DNA of 64,000 bases from Selaginella moellendorffii (lineage: Eukaryota > Plantae > Lycopodiophyta), in the NCBI RefSeq assembly GCF_000143415.4, contig NW_003314398.1, positions 288,133-352,132 of the forward strand. The letters run 5' to 3'. Positions 37,190-50,589 of the stretch are shown here, piece after piece. The stretch's first letter is position 1, and every line of letters begins with the position of its first letter. The translations under genes and the position numbers were made by a program. The notes below the pieces were generated by a model. It ran no database searches. It worked only from the letters and a program-made list of their open reading frames with translations, and was not told the DNA's origin.

Positions 37190-38558
37190 AATATGAGTAA
37201 GCAATCTAGTCCCATTCCATATTTAGTATCTTTTCATGATTGTCCTAAAGAGTAACTCCTAAGACTTAAGTGAAAGCCCAAAGCATACATTCCTTTACGG
37301 GATGGTATGGAGATTAAGTTTTGACCCAAGTTGGACTCAAAACAAGGAAAAGCACGCAAATGGGAATTAAACTATGCCTTAAGTTGGTGGAGTGCTTATA
37401 TCTTCACATTAAGCTACTAGTATATTAAATTAGCACCAATGTAGCATATGTGATCATGAGATGAAATTTGGATATACTGTCACCATGGATCCTTGGAATC
37501 TTGGGGGATAAATGGGGATAAAATAGCCACTAAGGGCTCTCTCATCAAGCAATTGCCCCTTTTCCAGTTGGCTTAAAGGGAGAGAAATAAGATGCACTGT
37601 AGTTGGTATCGGAGCAAATGGCACGGGTTCGATTCCCATTGATTAATGGCTATTTAAAAATATAATATACCCTTGAGTAAGGTATATTCCTACCTCTAAA
37701 TTTAAAATCATACGTATTGGGCATCCATACATACATCCTTCCTCTTGTGTGGAGTATCTACGGACGAAAGTATCCACCATAAGACTGCGGTACGGGTGGA
37801 TGACTAATTGTCTCACATGGAATAGCTAGTCTACACAATAGAAAAATTGGTACATTTAGTGTGGAAATGGAGGTGCAATAGTCAATAGTCAATAGTCAAA
37901 AGATTGGAGGTGCAATAGTCAATAGTCAATAGTCAAAAGATTGGTACATTTAGTGTGGAAATGGAGGTGCAATAGTCAATAGTCAATAATCAATGAGGAC
38001 ATTGACATCTCTAAAGGGGGGGTGAATGTAATAAAGTGCGCTACAACCAAACTTATATGAGCCATTTCGTGCTCCAGTTCATTCGCTCCTTGATTATACT
38101 TTCAGAGTTTGTTCTATCCTTTCATTCAATGGCCCAAGGCCTTGAAATTTAAATTCCACTCTATTACCCTTGGCCCACGTGTCCAAGGGTTACATTCTAC
38201 TTTATGGTTATCCTATAGTATATCACTATAAGGTAGAAGGTGAAAACTATATATATTACATTTAGTATCAAACGATATATCTCAGTAAGTACTATCTAAT
38301 GAGATTGGGTAGTTGTATATGTAGTGATAAAAATGATTATTTGAGTGGGTACACATTTCATTGCTATGACTTTACATGAATCTTTACCAATTGCATGAGC
38401 TTTCACTTGGGCTCATAAAATGGATGTGAGATATACCATTTACATGAGTTTGTGCTTGGGCTCATGAGAGTATATTAGCAACTTAATGTGACACTTTAAG
38501 TTGGTAGATTAATATTGGTGTATTAGTGGTTATCATAAATGCTTCATATTTCTGTAGA
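37190..38558 (+). mobile_element. Old, diverged family A LTR with decayed PBS and start of internal region, running into the assembly gap
   Basis: Similarity to the family A LTR (gtgaaagcccaaagc, caatggcccaaggcc, ttatcctatagt). tttagtatca at 38261 is followed by sequence homologous to the reverse of 32500-32780. Confidence 0.65.
37440..38045 (+). mobile_element. TRIM family B; 3' LTR collapsed to 19 bp
   Basis: 5' LTR 37440-37601, PBS tggtatcggagc at 37604, PPT, residual LTR tgta-ataaagtgcgctaca at 38027-38045, TSD ACCAA. Confidence 0.88.
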
Positions 38559-39313
38559 NNNNNNNNNNNNNNNNNNNNNNNNNNNNNNNNNNNNNNNNNN
38601 NNNNNNNNNNNNNNNNNNNNNNNNNNNNNNNNNNNNNNNNNNNNNNNNNNNNNNNNNNNNNNNNNNNNNNNNNNNNNNNNNNNNNNNNNNNNNNNNNNNN
38701 NNNNNNNNNNNNNNNNNNNNNNNNNNNNNNNNNNNNNNNNNNNNNNNNNNNNNNNNNNNNNNNNNNNNNNNNNNNNNNNNNNNNNNNNNNNNNNNNNNNN
38801 NNNNNNNNNNNNNNNNNNNNNNNNNNNNNNNNNNNNNNNNNNNNNNNNNNNNNNNNNNNNNNNNNNNNNNNNNNNNNNNNNNNNNNNNNNNNNNNNNNNN
38901 NNNNNNNNNNNNNNNNNNNNNNNNNNNNNNNNNNNNNNNNNNNNNNNNNNNNNNNNNNNNNNNNNNNNNNNNNNNNNNNNNNNNNNNNNNNNNNNNNNNN
39001 NNNNNNNNNNNNNNNNNNNNNNNNNNNNNNNNNNNNNNNNNNNNNNNNNNNNNNNNNNNNNNNNNNNNNNNNNNNNNNNNNNNNNNNNNNNNNNNNNNNN
39101 NNNNNNNNNNNNNNNNNNNNNNNNNNNNNNNNNNNNNNNNNNNNNNNNNNNNNNNNNNNNNNNNNNNNNNNNNNNNNNNNNNNNNNNNNNNNNNNNNNNN
39201 NNNNNNNNNNNNNNNNNNNNNNNNNNNNNNNNNNNNNNNNNNNNNNNNNNNNNNNNNNNNNNNNNNNNNNNNNNNNNNNNNNNNNNNNNNNNNNNNNNNN
39301 NNNNNNNNNNNNN
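38559..39313. other. Assembly gap (further gaps at 43800-43899 and 50490-50589)
   Basis: N runs. Confidence 1.
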
Positions 39314-39789
39314 CATGATGAATATAAGAGGTTCAAAACAAGAGAGGGAGCACCATAAAACAGGTGTCAGTTCGTGTTAGTTATGAGTTGATCATAGTTT
39401 CTTATGCATATAATTATGTGTTAAGCATGAAACAAACTAGTATAATTTTTTCTTCAAAAGGAGTAAAGTTATAGCTTTTGCTAATGCTGATCTCATTGGT
39501 GACTATAATGATAGAAGATCTAACAAGAAATAATAATTAAGCTTTCTCAAATTGCAAGATGAAAAATATAGAAATTATAACATTTCTTTAAAACCCATTG
39601 AAGCCACAACTTCAATAGTTGTAAGTATATTCCTATTTTTTGTTTTCATTCTTGTTCTTGTTAAAAATAGAGCAATTAGCTTTCTTTCAAGCTATTTGAT
39701 ATTTTTTGGTTTCTTAAGCAAACCTCTAGAGGTATATGTAGAATATGTAGTTGCTATTCATTTATATTAATTTTATATTTATAATATAA

Positions 39790-40238
39790 ACACTTCATAA
39801 CCATTTAATAGCTTTTTTTGGTTTGCTTAATTGGTGGTAGTGAATATACCTAGAATATTCTTGGATATTCTAGGATATTCTACCATCTAACAGTTGTTAT
39901 TTATTTAGATTAATCTTATATTTATAATTTATAAACATGTTTATAATTTATAAACTTTCCTAATAACTTCCTAGTATATTCTAGTTTATTCTATCATCTA
40001 ATTCAATAAGATTAATCTTGTGTTTATAAGTTACAAATATGTTTATAATTATATATGATCAATTAAATTAATAAATAGAAATAACACTACTATTAAGAAA
40101 ATCAAGAGTTGCTGCATATAATGTGCAGCAAATTATTTATAAATTATAAACATGTTTATAATTATAAACTTTCTATTATTTAATAAATAGTACTAAAGTA
40201 CTATTAAGCAAAACCAAACATTACTATAACAAATTATT
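39790..40238. repeat. AT-rich repeat (MITE-like); second copy in the same orientation at about 47440-47820
   Basis: Shared blocks cttggatattctaggatattctaccatctaa, ttataaactttcc and ctattaag.aaacca. Confidence 0.6.
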
Positions 40239-40273
40239 TTACCTTGCACTACTGATTTTGATCAACCAGGCCA

Positions 40274-42020
40274 TTATATTTTCTCCATGACGAGAGGAAG
40301 ACTGTGGCGAGGTCTGAGCGTAAGTTTGAACACTGGGCAGTGGCGATACGATGGTGACAACCGAAACCGGAAGTGCTGGAGAATGGTGGCCAAGGCGATC
40401 TTGGCTTCCATGAGTACAAAGGACTGGCCGACGCACACCCGGGGGCCAAGCGAAAACGGCATGAATGCGTTCGGGTGCTTGGACGCCTTGGTGACACCAT
40501 CCTTGAAACGCTCCGGATTGAACTCGTGGGCGTCCTCCCCCCAGAGCTCCTTGTCGTGGTGGATGGCGAGGATTGGAAAGGAGACCGCCGCTCCCTTTGG
40601 GACGAGGATATCTCCCAGTATGGTGTCCTCGAAGCACGATCGCATCATCACCCCCACCGGTGGATACAGGCGGAGAGTTTCGTGGAGGATCATGTTGATC
40701 TAGCCATGAGAAAGAAAGCTTGAGCTCGTGAAACTCGAAAGTAACGTAAAACCTTTACCAGCTTGAGCTTGCTGATTGAATCGGCTTCTGGAGTGGCACC
40801 TTCGCAGACTTCCTGGGCCTCGGCGCGAGCGCGCTCCTGCCATTCCGGGTGCAAAGCAAGCAGCATTATGGACCAGGTGAGCAGAATTGCCGTCGTCTCG
40901 TGGCCAGCAAAGTAGAAAGTCTTGCACTCCTCCATCACGGCCCGATCATCGAAAGAAGAGTTTCCACACTCGGCAAGCATCAACCCCAGCAAGTCATGAC
41001 TCTGGCCACTCTGAGCTCGCCGCTCCTTGATCAGGCCAAGCAGCAGCGAGTCGAGGTCGCTGTAGAGCTTTCTCAATCGAAAGTTTGCTGGAAACGGAAG
41101 GAATCTACGGTCGATCAGAAAATCGTGTTATAGTACGTAAACGAAAGAGATTTGATCACCTTTTGCCTGGTATATAGTTGTATCGATTGACCTTGGAAAG
41201 CTCCTCTTGGATTGCTCTCAAGGTTTCGAAGGCCTTCTGGCCTTTGAGATAGCTGCTTCCGAATGCCGTGTGGGAGATAATGTCTGCGGTTAGCTTTGAG
41301 AATTCACTGCTCATTTCAATCTCGGGCTGCTCGCGGAGCGCTTCTTCCCACCTGTCTAGCATCTCGAGCGCGCACAGTCCGATACGGGGCACCATTTTCT
41401 GGTTTGTATGACCAAGTAATGAAAGTTGATAAGAAGCAAAGAAAGAAAAAATGGAACCTTGAGCTTCTCTAGGTAAAAAGCTGGAGCCACAACACGTCGA
41501 TGGTAGCTCCACTCGTCACCTGTCACGGCAACGAGCCCTCGGCCAACTATGGAGACCAGTTCGGAAACCATTATGTCCGACTTCTCAAACTGAGTAACTT
41601 TCTTGGCAAGAACTTCTCTGATGAGCTCGGGCTCTGTGACCATGATCCTGGGCTCCGTCGCCCACCAGTAGCAATACCTCTTTCCTGCGAAGAAATCGTC
41701 CAGAGTACAGGAATTTACGAGGAGAAGTTACCATATTCCTTGGACCACTGGTGGTAATCCAGCAACACATGCTTCACAATGTCGTGATTCAAGCCTTCCA
41801 TGTCCCGCTCCTTGCCAGTATCTCTCATCTTCATCACCTGGAGCATGTTGCCGGCCATGAAAGTCCTTGGTGGCCCCTCGATACCCTGGCTTCGAATCCT
41901 TGCGTCGAGCGATCTTGGCTCCAGCCAGAACCTGGTGACAATCGATCGCCATAGCTTCGCAACCAGTGCTAGCAACACGAGCAGCGCGCCCGTCCACACT
42001 GCCTTGCCAATGCCCTCCAT
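40274..42020 (-). CDS. Cytochrome P450, CYP72 clan, 5 exons, 508 aa
   Basis: Exons 42020-41732, 41684-41458, 41398-41160, 41104-40759 and 40699-40274 give 1527 nt in frame. Motifs ECKTFYFAGHETT, ETLRLYPP, FNPERF, heme FSLGPRVCVG. Confidence 0.93.
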
Positions 42021-42794
42021 GAAATGCCCCATTGGATCAGATAATAATAATAAAGACGTATTTTTCGTGGCCACCTGGATGATATCCAGTTCTGGAATTT
42101 TCCTAGAAACCTGGAAACTGTTTTCTAGAGAACTCCTTTGCTTAAGACAATCAATGGCGCCAAAATGGGACTTGGATCGTCAGGAAAATGAATAATTTGA
42201 ATGTTTGAACATATATAATTATTTAAAAATAAATTTAGTTTCTGAGTTCTGTCGTTATCGCATCAGGGATTTAATGTAATGCTTGTCAAGATCTTTCAGC
42301 AAGCACTGAACACCTTTTACAATTGAAAAATCTTCTAAACTCTCAGTGGCAGTCAGTGACAGTCCGTGTGATTCTGAGCAAAGACTGTTGTGGTCTTCAA
42401 TGCCATGCGCCAGCCCGTCAACTTTTTGTCCCTTTGTATATCCACGGGCTCCCCGAAAGCAAATTTCATAGACATGTTTCTTTCAATGGAAGAAGTCTTG
42501 CGGACGAGACAAAAGCGATCGGACCCAACACTTCTTTATGGTGGTATCTTTGCAGGCCCGTCATTGATCCAAAGATTAGGTGGATCATGGTTATAAATGC
42601 ATCTAAAACTTGTTCCTCTTCGTGTTTGATCTCTCCGCGCTACACGAAAAGAATCGCCATCTCCATACATGGTCGGTTGAGTGATTGGATACCTTTTCGC
42701 AAAACCTGGCTTTGATTCCGGATCGTTTTTGTGATGCATGGGCCGTGTCTTGTTTTGGCAGGAGGAGCACGCTGTCGAGTTACACAAATCCAGT

Positions 42795-44760
42795 ATGAAT
42801 CTCGAGGCAGGAGCCGAGGGAGACCAGCGAGCCGAGGATCCCGAGTGGAGCACGACTTGGCGAGGCCGCCGAATCGTGAAAGGAGGCTGGAAGACGAGCC
42901 CTTTCATCTTTGGTATAACTCTCTCCCTCGAGCATTCTGCAAGGATCTAGAAGATCGTCATCTCGCTTTGCTGCTTGACTTGCAGGGAACGAGGCGACTG
43001 AGAAGCTGGGAGCCATTGGACTGCAAGTGAATCTGGTGACATACCTCGTCCAGCAGCTCCATTTCAAGCCGGCCGATGCGTCCAACACCCTCACCACTTT
43101 CGGCGGGACCGCAGCCTTCACACCCTTTGTCGGTGCCATCATCGCTGATGCGTATGTTGGTCGCTACTGGGTGGTGCTCTTGGGCTCTATCCTCTTCACA
43201 CTGGTAAGAAACCATCCATCCCTCCATCTAGCCAAAAGTTTGGATAGATAGAGCCTTCTCCGGTAGATTCTACGAGGGGAATGATCGATAAGATATAATC
43301 ATCGTAAGATCGAGGATAAGTCAAAGAAGAAGAGAAGAAAACCAGAGAAAGAACAAGAGAATCAGATACTAGAAGCCTAGAAAGGATCAATCTCAACTGT
43401 GGAGCACTGATTTGATTGGTGGCTTGGCAGGGATCCTTCGTTCTTACGATCCAAGCCCTGGTTCCCAGCCTGAGACCCGACCAATGCGCGGCGAAATCAT
43501 CGCTGTGCGAGCGCTCGACAGTGGGTCAGCTGGGATTCCTGTACCTCTCCTTCGTTTTGCAGGCCGCGGGCTCGGGCGGGATCCGGCCATGCGTCGCTGC
43601 ATTTGGGGCGGACCAATTCAACGAGGAGGATCCCAAGCAGCGCACCCAGATCCTCCACTTCTTCAACTGGTACTACTTCACACTCCAGCTCGCCACGCTC
43701 ATCACCTCCACCGTGTTCGTGTGGATCCAAGACAACGTCGGCTGGGCCGTCGGATTCGGCCTCCCCGCCGTGCTCATGGCGCTGTCCGTCATCAGCTTCN
43801 NNNNNNNNNNNNNNNNNNNNNNNNNNNNNNNNNNNNNNNNNNNNNNNNNNNNNNNNNNNNNNNNNNNNNNNNNNNNNNNNNNNNNNNNNNNNNNNNNNNG
43901 GACAAGCTGCGATCGTAACAGACGATGACCAGCGGCGCAGCGGCGGCGATGTGGACCCCTGGAAGGTGAGCAGCGTCCACAGCGTGGAGGAGCTCAAGCT
44001 GCTGCTCCGGCTGCTACCCATCCTATGCACGGGCGTGCTCGTCTTCACGGCGTGGGCGCAGCAGGGCACCTTCTGGGTCCAGCAGGGCCGGACAATGGAC
44101 CGCCGCCTCGTCGCCTCCAGCTCCTTCGAGATCCCGCCCGGATCGATGACGGCATTCACCACTCTCGCGCTGCTCGTCCTCATCCCGGTCTACGACAAGC
44201 TGGGGATCCCAGTACTGCGCCGGATCACGGGCCACCCCCGCGGCCTCACCTCCCTCCAGAGGATGGCCATCGGCCTCGTCGTCTCCATCCTCGTCATGGT
44301 GGCCGCCGCCGCCACCGAGGTGAAGCGGCGCAGCGCCGCCGCCGCCGCGGGGCTGCTCGACTCCCCCGACCGGACCATCCCCATCTCGATCTTCTGGCTG
44401 CTCCCGCAGTACGTGCTCATTGGGGTGACGGAGCTCTTCCTCTCCATCGGCCAGATCGAGTTCTTCTACGATCAGTCGCCCGAGAGCATGCGAAGCATGG
44501 CCACGGCGGTGTTTTGGATGGTGATTGGCGGTGGTAACTATTGTAGCACCGCGATGGTGAGCGCCGTGCACGCCAGGACCAACTGGGTGCCCGATAACAT
44601 CAACCGCGGACGGCTGGATTTGTTCTACTGGATGCTGGCGGGGATCCTGACCGTCAATCTCGGCGTCTACTTGGTGGTGGCAAGGTGGTATAGGTACAAG
44701 CGCTGGAACGACGTGCCCGAGGAAAATGGGAAGGTTTTGAAAAAGGTGGAGCAAACTTGA
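42795..44760 (+). CDS. NPF (NRT1/PTR) family transporter, NPF2/NPF3-like
   Basis: Exons 42795-42912, 42986-43203, then 43431 through the gap to 44760. Motifs GGWK, NEATEKLG (ExxEK), GGIRPCVAAFGADQF, FFNWYYF, EFFYDQSPESMRS. Part of the gene lies in an N gap. Confidence 0.92.
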
Positions 44761-44823
44761 AATGTATAGTCATCTATTAAAGATCAATGTAATCACACGA
44801 CTGTATGATATATTTCTCTCTAT

Positions 44824-46886
44824 CTAAATCATCGCAATGGGAACTTGATCGTCGTCATCGGCGTAGTCCGGCTTTGTGTACGTGTAGAACGTAGAGACAA
44901 GAAGGTGAGCCACGAAATCGACGGCCAGGCAGCCCGCCAGCACCCAGTAGAAGTACTCGAGGTTCCCGGTCAACGAGAGCCAGCCCTGGTCGTTGGTCGG
45001 AGTCCTCGTTGACCGCTTGATGAGCGCCACGATGGCGGTGCTGACGTAGTTGCCAGTGCCGATGATCGCCCACACCACCGCCGCCGCCATGCTCCTCATG
45101 CTGGGCGGCGATTGATCGTAGAAGAACTCGAGGTAGCCGATGGTGACGAAGGCCTCGGAGAGGCCCAGCAGGCAGAACTGGGGGATCAGCCAGAAGCACG
45201 AGAGGGGGTGGGCGAATCCGAGGCGCCGCCGCTTCACCTCCACCGCGCCCGCCACCAGCATCGCCGAGGCGGCGAAGGTGATCCCCACGCCGATCCTCTG
45301 GAGGAAGGTGATGCCGCGCGGGTTCCTCGTGACCTTGGCGGCCAGCGGGACAACGAGCTTGTCGTAGAAGGGGAGGAAGATCATCATGGTGAGGAGGGAG
45401 AAGACCGGGAGCGTCGCGGGCTGCATCTTGAAAGCGTGCGGGGAGGATCCCATGCGGAGATCCATGACGTAGCCCTGCCCGATCCAAAACGTGCTCTGCT
45501 GCGACCATGCCACGAAGATCGGGATGCCCGTCGCCCACACGGGCGTCATTCGCAGCAGCGATTTGAGCTCCTCTACATGGCTCACCGGGCATAGCCTCCA
45601 CGGATCGATCTTTTCGGAGCCGTGGTGCTCTCCGTCGACGATTGTGGCTGCTCGGTCCAGAAACCTGCGATCAGAGTTTCGATCAATCACTCGGGACTAT
45701 GATTCTTCGTGTCAACTTCACGTACCGGTATTGCATTGTGTGACGAAGAGTGATACCGCCAGCGCCAGTTTTGGGCACCTCATTGTTGAAGAGCTCCCTG
45801 GGATCGTTGGGAATATCAACGCGCCACTTGCGACAGACAGCGACGACGACCTGCGCGAGGTGGGTGAAGGGGCTGCCGGCGGGAGAGATCTTCCTGTAGA
45901 GCGGGGAGCCGGCCCAGAAGAGCGCCACCGCCACCACCATCCCCACCGCGGGGATGCCAAACCCCCACACCCAGCCAAACGTGTTTTGGATGTAGACGAG
46001 CAGGGTGGTGCTGGTGACCATGGCCGCCACCACGAAGAAGTAGTACCAGTTGAAGTAGCTAAAGAGCTGCTTGCGCTCCACGGGGTTATGCTGGTCGAAC
46101 TGGTCCGCCCCGAAAGATGGCGCATTTGGCCTCACGCCCCCGGCGGCGATGGCGATGAGCACGAAGGCGGCGTAGAGGTAGCCGAGGCAGTCGTGCTTCT
46201 TGCAATGCGGAGGCTTGGTGGACGGGAGCTTGGCCTCGATCACCATCACGAACAGGGCCTTGTATATAAGATCATGAAAACCACGCATCAAAACGGTGTG
46301 AAGTAAGAAACACCAAGAACAATCAAAGTTTGACCATCCTTTTTCTTTTTTGTTTAAAAAGAGGAGGGAGTTTACCGCGACATAGATGGTGGAGGCGATC
46401 AAGATTGTTGCGTATCGCCCGATCATGGCGTCCGCCACGAAGGCACCCAGCAGTGGCGTGTAGGAGCACATCCCCATGAAGTTTGTGATGGTGTTTGCGG
46501 CGTCCACCAAGTCGAGCTTGAGCCGGTGCTGGAGGTAAGCCATCATGTTGAGCATGATCCCCAGCGACGCCAGGAAATCCATGGCTCCACAACCTGTGCG
46601 GATCGAGAAATTCACAAAAGGGGGGCTCGAGAAAACAAAGATAGTTACTGAAGATGTATGGCGCTGTTCTCCACCCGCCTTTGTTTCCATGGCGACGATC
46701 AGCTGGCACCATGTCGCTCGCGATCGGCTTTTGATCCACCATGACTTCTTCCGCGGGGAAATCGCCGGTGGCCTTCGCATTCCCGTGCTCAGGACTGGTC
46801 CCTTGCCATTGCTCGTCCCTCTTTGTTCCTGGCAGAGCTTTTAAGTCTGCTGTTGGCGTTTGAGCGGCACCATTCTCCATCGCCAT
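44824..46886 (-). CDS. NPF (NRT1/PTR) family transporter
   Basis: Exons 46886-46649, 46593-46376, 46258-45726 and 45664-44824. Motifs GGWRTAPYIF, GGVRPNAPSFGADQFD, YFNWYYF, PAGSPFT, EFFYDQSPPSMRS. Confidence 0.92.
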
Positions 46887-49499
46887 GGTGGTCGATCGAA
46901 GAGAGGGAAGCGGGAGGAAATGCGCGACAGCAAAGAGCGAAAATGGCCTAGTTTTGTGGTCGAATAAGATGTCACGCGTGGCGCCAAACATCCATAAAGG
47001 GCCCAGAACCTGGAGAATGACACCATTTCTGGCGTCATGCATATCAACTTCTACGGTTTGTCCATGCCTGCTGTGCAGCCAACCACGATTCTAACGCCCG
47101 CTATCTTGTGGGTGTTTTGGTATTGATCAGCAAGCGGCATGGTGTTTATAGGGGTTTAATCAAAGCTTGTACCGAGATTTCCGTTTTGATAAAGATTGAA
47201 AGCCTGAGTTGAGTGGGAACTTCCTGGACAATTTTTGTACATCACAGAGAACGTGACTTAATGCCTGGGTCGTGTGAGCCTTATGGAGCGCTGCATTGGC
47301 GTGTCTCTAGCTCCGCCTTTGCTTTGCTTCCACACTAAGAGTGTTCTGGATTTCACGAGATTTTGAAGGTGATCTAGAAGATTTAGTTACAAGATCAAGG
47401 AATCAGGTGTAAATCTAAAACTACTTATATAAGCCAATTATAGACCAAGAAACTAGAGAATATATTTAAAATATTTAGGCATATTCTAGGATATTCTTTA
47501 ATCTAATGGTTAATATATTTAATATTAATATTTTCTGTTTACTTAAGCAATTGGTCTAAAATATACTTGGATATTCTAGGATATTCTACCATCTAATGGT
47601 TATTATTCATTTATATTAGTCTTGTATATATAAATTATAAACTTTCCCAAACACTTAGTGTATTTTAGTTGATTTTACTATCTAATGTAAGCTTGTTTAT
47701 AAATTATAAACATTTTTATTATAAATTTCCAATTGATCAATTGGATTAATAAATAATTATCACTACTATTAAGTAAACCAAGCATTGGAGTATGCAAAAC
47801 ACAACAAATTATTAGTAAAACCTGAAAGGTGTATACCTTGAATATCTAGGTGGAATATTCCTCAATCTAATGGTATTAAAATTTCTCTAATTCATTTGTC
47901 ATCAAATTTAATATTAATATTCTTGCATATATTTATATAAACTATATTTAATTCTAACAGTTAAAAGAGTGCTAGCATTGATGTGGAATAGAATCAAGAG
48001 GAAGGGGAGCAAAACCAATGTCACCATAGCCAAGTTCCTCCTTTAGTTGATCACTCTACTAATATTATATAAGGTAATGAGTCCTCGGGATTTTACACAA
48101 TCAATAATTATAACAATGTTATAATAATGATTATTAGTCAATGTAATACTTTTGGAAGGCCATCAAAGAAGTACGTATGCTTTATATAAAAAAAATTCTA
48201 ATTTTTTATATTATTTTCTTGAATGTTTTCCCTTGCTTCTCTAATTTGGAAAGCTAGCTAAACAGCAAGGTTGGAAAGTGTGTGGTGATTGTATCTTATG
48301 TCAGCTTTACACTTTCTGGCTTTGAAAGTGTGTTTGAAGCTATTTTGCAAGTGAGTATCTGGAAGAATGGGAAGAGTTAGAGCCTATTACTTTATTAATC
48401 CAGAGTTTTGGGCTTTTGTTTTGGCATGGTGTGTTGTTATGAACAATTTAAGAGTTGTAACATTAAAAGTTCTTGTTACTTACTTGTTGAGCAAAGGTTA
48501 AAGGGTTGACTTCTTTATTTTATAGATAAAATGTATCAATTGTAATTGCAATTAAACACACAAGAGAGTTATTCACGTTGAAGATTAAGTTGAATTGCCT
48601 CCACTACTTTTGTTTAATCTTGGACTTAATAAACTCTTGTGTTATTGAATCAAATAGTATTAGAAGTCAATGAATTTTGAATGTTAACTACCACACAACC
48701 ATTAATACCACTTTTATCTCCTTCTAAAACTCACAAGGTTTGATAAGTCTGACAAGAATTATTGGTGGTAGCATTTGATTGCTCCTTTAAGAAGCTTTCC
48801 AACATGATTGTAAACAAAGATTAATTGTTTTAACAATCTTTATGAAAGAAGTACTAATGAATGTTCTAAAAGTTTTCAAGGAATATAGCTTGTTGTCCAT
48901 ATTCTATTATGTTTTAAAATTCTTACATTATTAAAAATATTTTTTTATTGACACAATTAAATTTTGAAGTTGATCTGTCCAAAGGTTCCTTATTAACTTT
49001 ACTTTCTTGTGGCTTATAATTATATATATAAGAAGTATCTATGACATCACTTTCTTTGTGTGAAAGTTTAAGATATAAGACCATAACTTGCATTTGTGTT
49101 AACCTATTCTAGAGAGAATTGAAAGTTTTTAACTTTTCTTATACTTTTCAAAGATCCTCTAGAAGGAAATTATCTATTATAATTTTATTACCTTATATTA
49201 ATATTTTTTAAATATGAAAAAGAATATTAAGGTACTAAAGAAGATATTGCAAAAATGAGCTATATATGTGGACTTATTCTTCTTCTAGGATTAGCTCATG
49301 GTCCTTTATATAGACTGAAATCATTAAGAGGATTTCTGTAAATAGTTAATATCAAAAAGAAATAAGACAAGTTAGTGTGATTTTAATACTTATTTGATTG
49401 AGATTCACATCTTTTTTCTAAGCATCTAATAGGAAAATGGGAAATAAATATTTTATTATCTTCCAGTATTCATGGCTTTATGGATGCTATATTGTATAA

Positions 49500-49791
49500 A
49501 TAGTCAAAAAGAACAATTTGAGAGACAATTCATTAAGGATTAAATATAAAGGGAAAAGGCCCATGAATAAAAGTGTACCTTCTTTTCCAGGGTTACATGG
49601 TTAAAAATATCCAATCTTGTATACAACAATTTAAAATGCTATATAAGATTAAAATTATGAAGATTAATTAGTTATTGAGAAAAATCTATAATAATAAAAA
49701 GGTGTTGCTAAAATTTTGGCATTAAATGTCCTTAGGTTTGAGTAATATTGAATTAGATGACCTATTGGGAAACTCAAATTTAAAAGTTCAC
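49500..49791 (+). mobile_element. Decayed Cassandra LTR with an internal insertion
   Basis: aaatataaagggaaaaggcccatgaataaaagtg and ttaaatgtccttaggtttgagtaata match 3790-3900. Confidence 0.6.
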
Positions 49792-50149
49792 ACATTCCCA
49801 AAACTTATACATTGCTTGTCATATTCATGCTTTAGTTAAAGTTCCTCTTTTATTTATTTTATAAATCACTCTCAACTTGATCAAACCCCACAAATCCTTT
49901 ACATTTTATTCTTGAGCTAAATTATGACAATGGCATTCCATGAGAGGACATTATACACATAGTGACCCTTACTCAATCTAATTTATATTTCTAATCCAAA
50001 CCATATTCCTCTCCAAGTAACCATTTCGAAATTTAGATTGATGATTAAATATTACCTATCAAGCCAATCAAGCCTAAAGCCAAGTGGCAACTTTGGCCAG
50101 ATTTCTGATTTTTATAAAACTATTTATAGTAATGTCTAGTGTATGTGAT

Positions 50150-50330
50150 TAATATATTGTCATCATTGATTTTTGAATTCTAGATGATAAATAAGGATAA
50201 AATAGCCACTAAAAGCTATCTTATCAAGTAATTAATATAGATATAAAATGTGTTATATATAGTATTAGAGCAAATAAAAATGGAATAAGTTCAATTTGTG
50301 GCTACTTAAAATATAATATACCCTTGCTAA
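50150..50330 (+). mobile_element. Decayed TRIM family B fragment; continues near 53780-53830 after the Gypsy insertion
   Basis: ggataaaatagccactaa, gtattagagcaaat and aatataatatacccttg match 37510-37680. aaatggaggtgctggttccc at about 53782 matches the TRIM interior. Confidence 0.6.
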
Positions 50331-50589
50331 AAAATAATATAGAATAAATACATTGTTGTGGTTCTAAAATGGGTGTAAGCTCATTGGAAGATGTTGCCTT
50401 GCAAAGAAACTCACCACCTACACACATTCCCAACTTTTGCCAACCCAAGACTCTGCATCCTAAAGCTTCCCATACTCCCCCCCCCCCCCNNNNNNNNNNN
50501 NNNNNNNNNNNNNNNNNNNNNNNNNNNNNNNNNNNNNNNNNNNNNNNNNNNNNNNNNNNNNNNNNNNNNNNNNNNNNNNNNNNNNNNNN

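Noticed and set aside
38483-39380. Long ORFs of X residues
   Set aside because: Assembly gap.
43497-46306. Long antisense and alternate-frame ORFs over the NPF genes
   Set aside because: Expected shadows of high-GC3 coding sequence.
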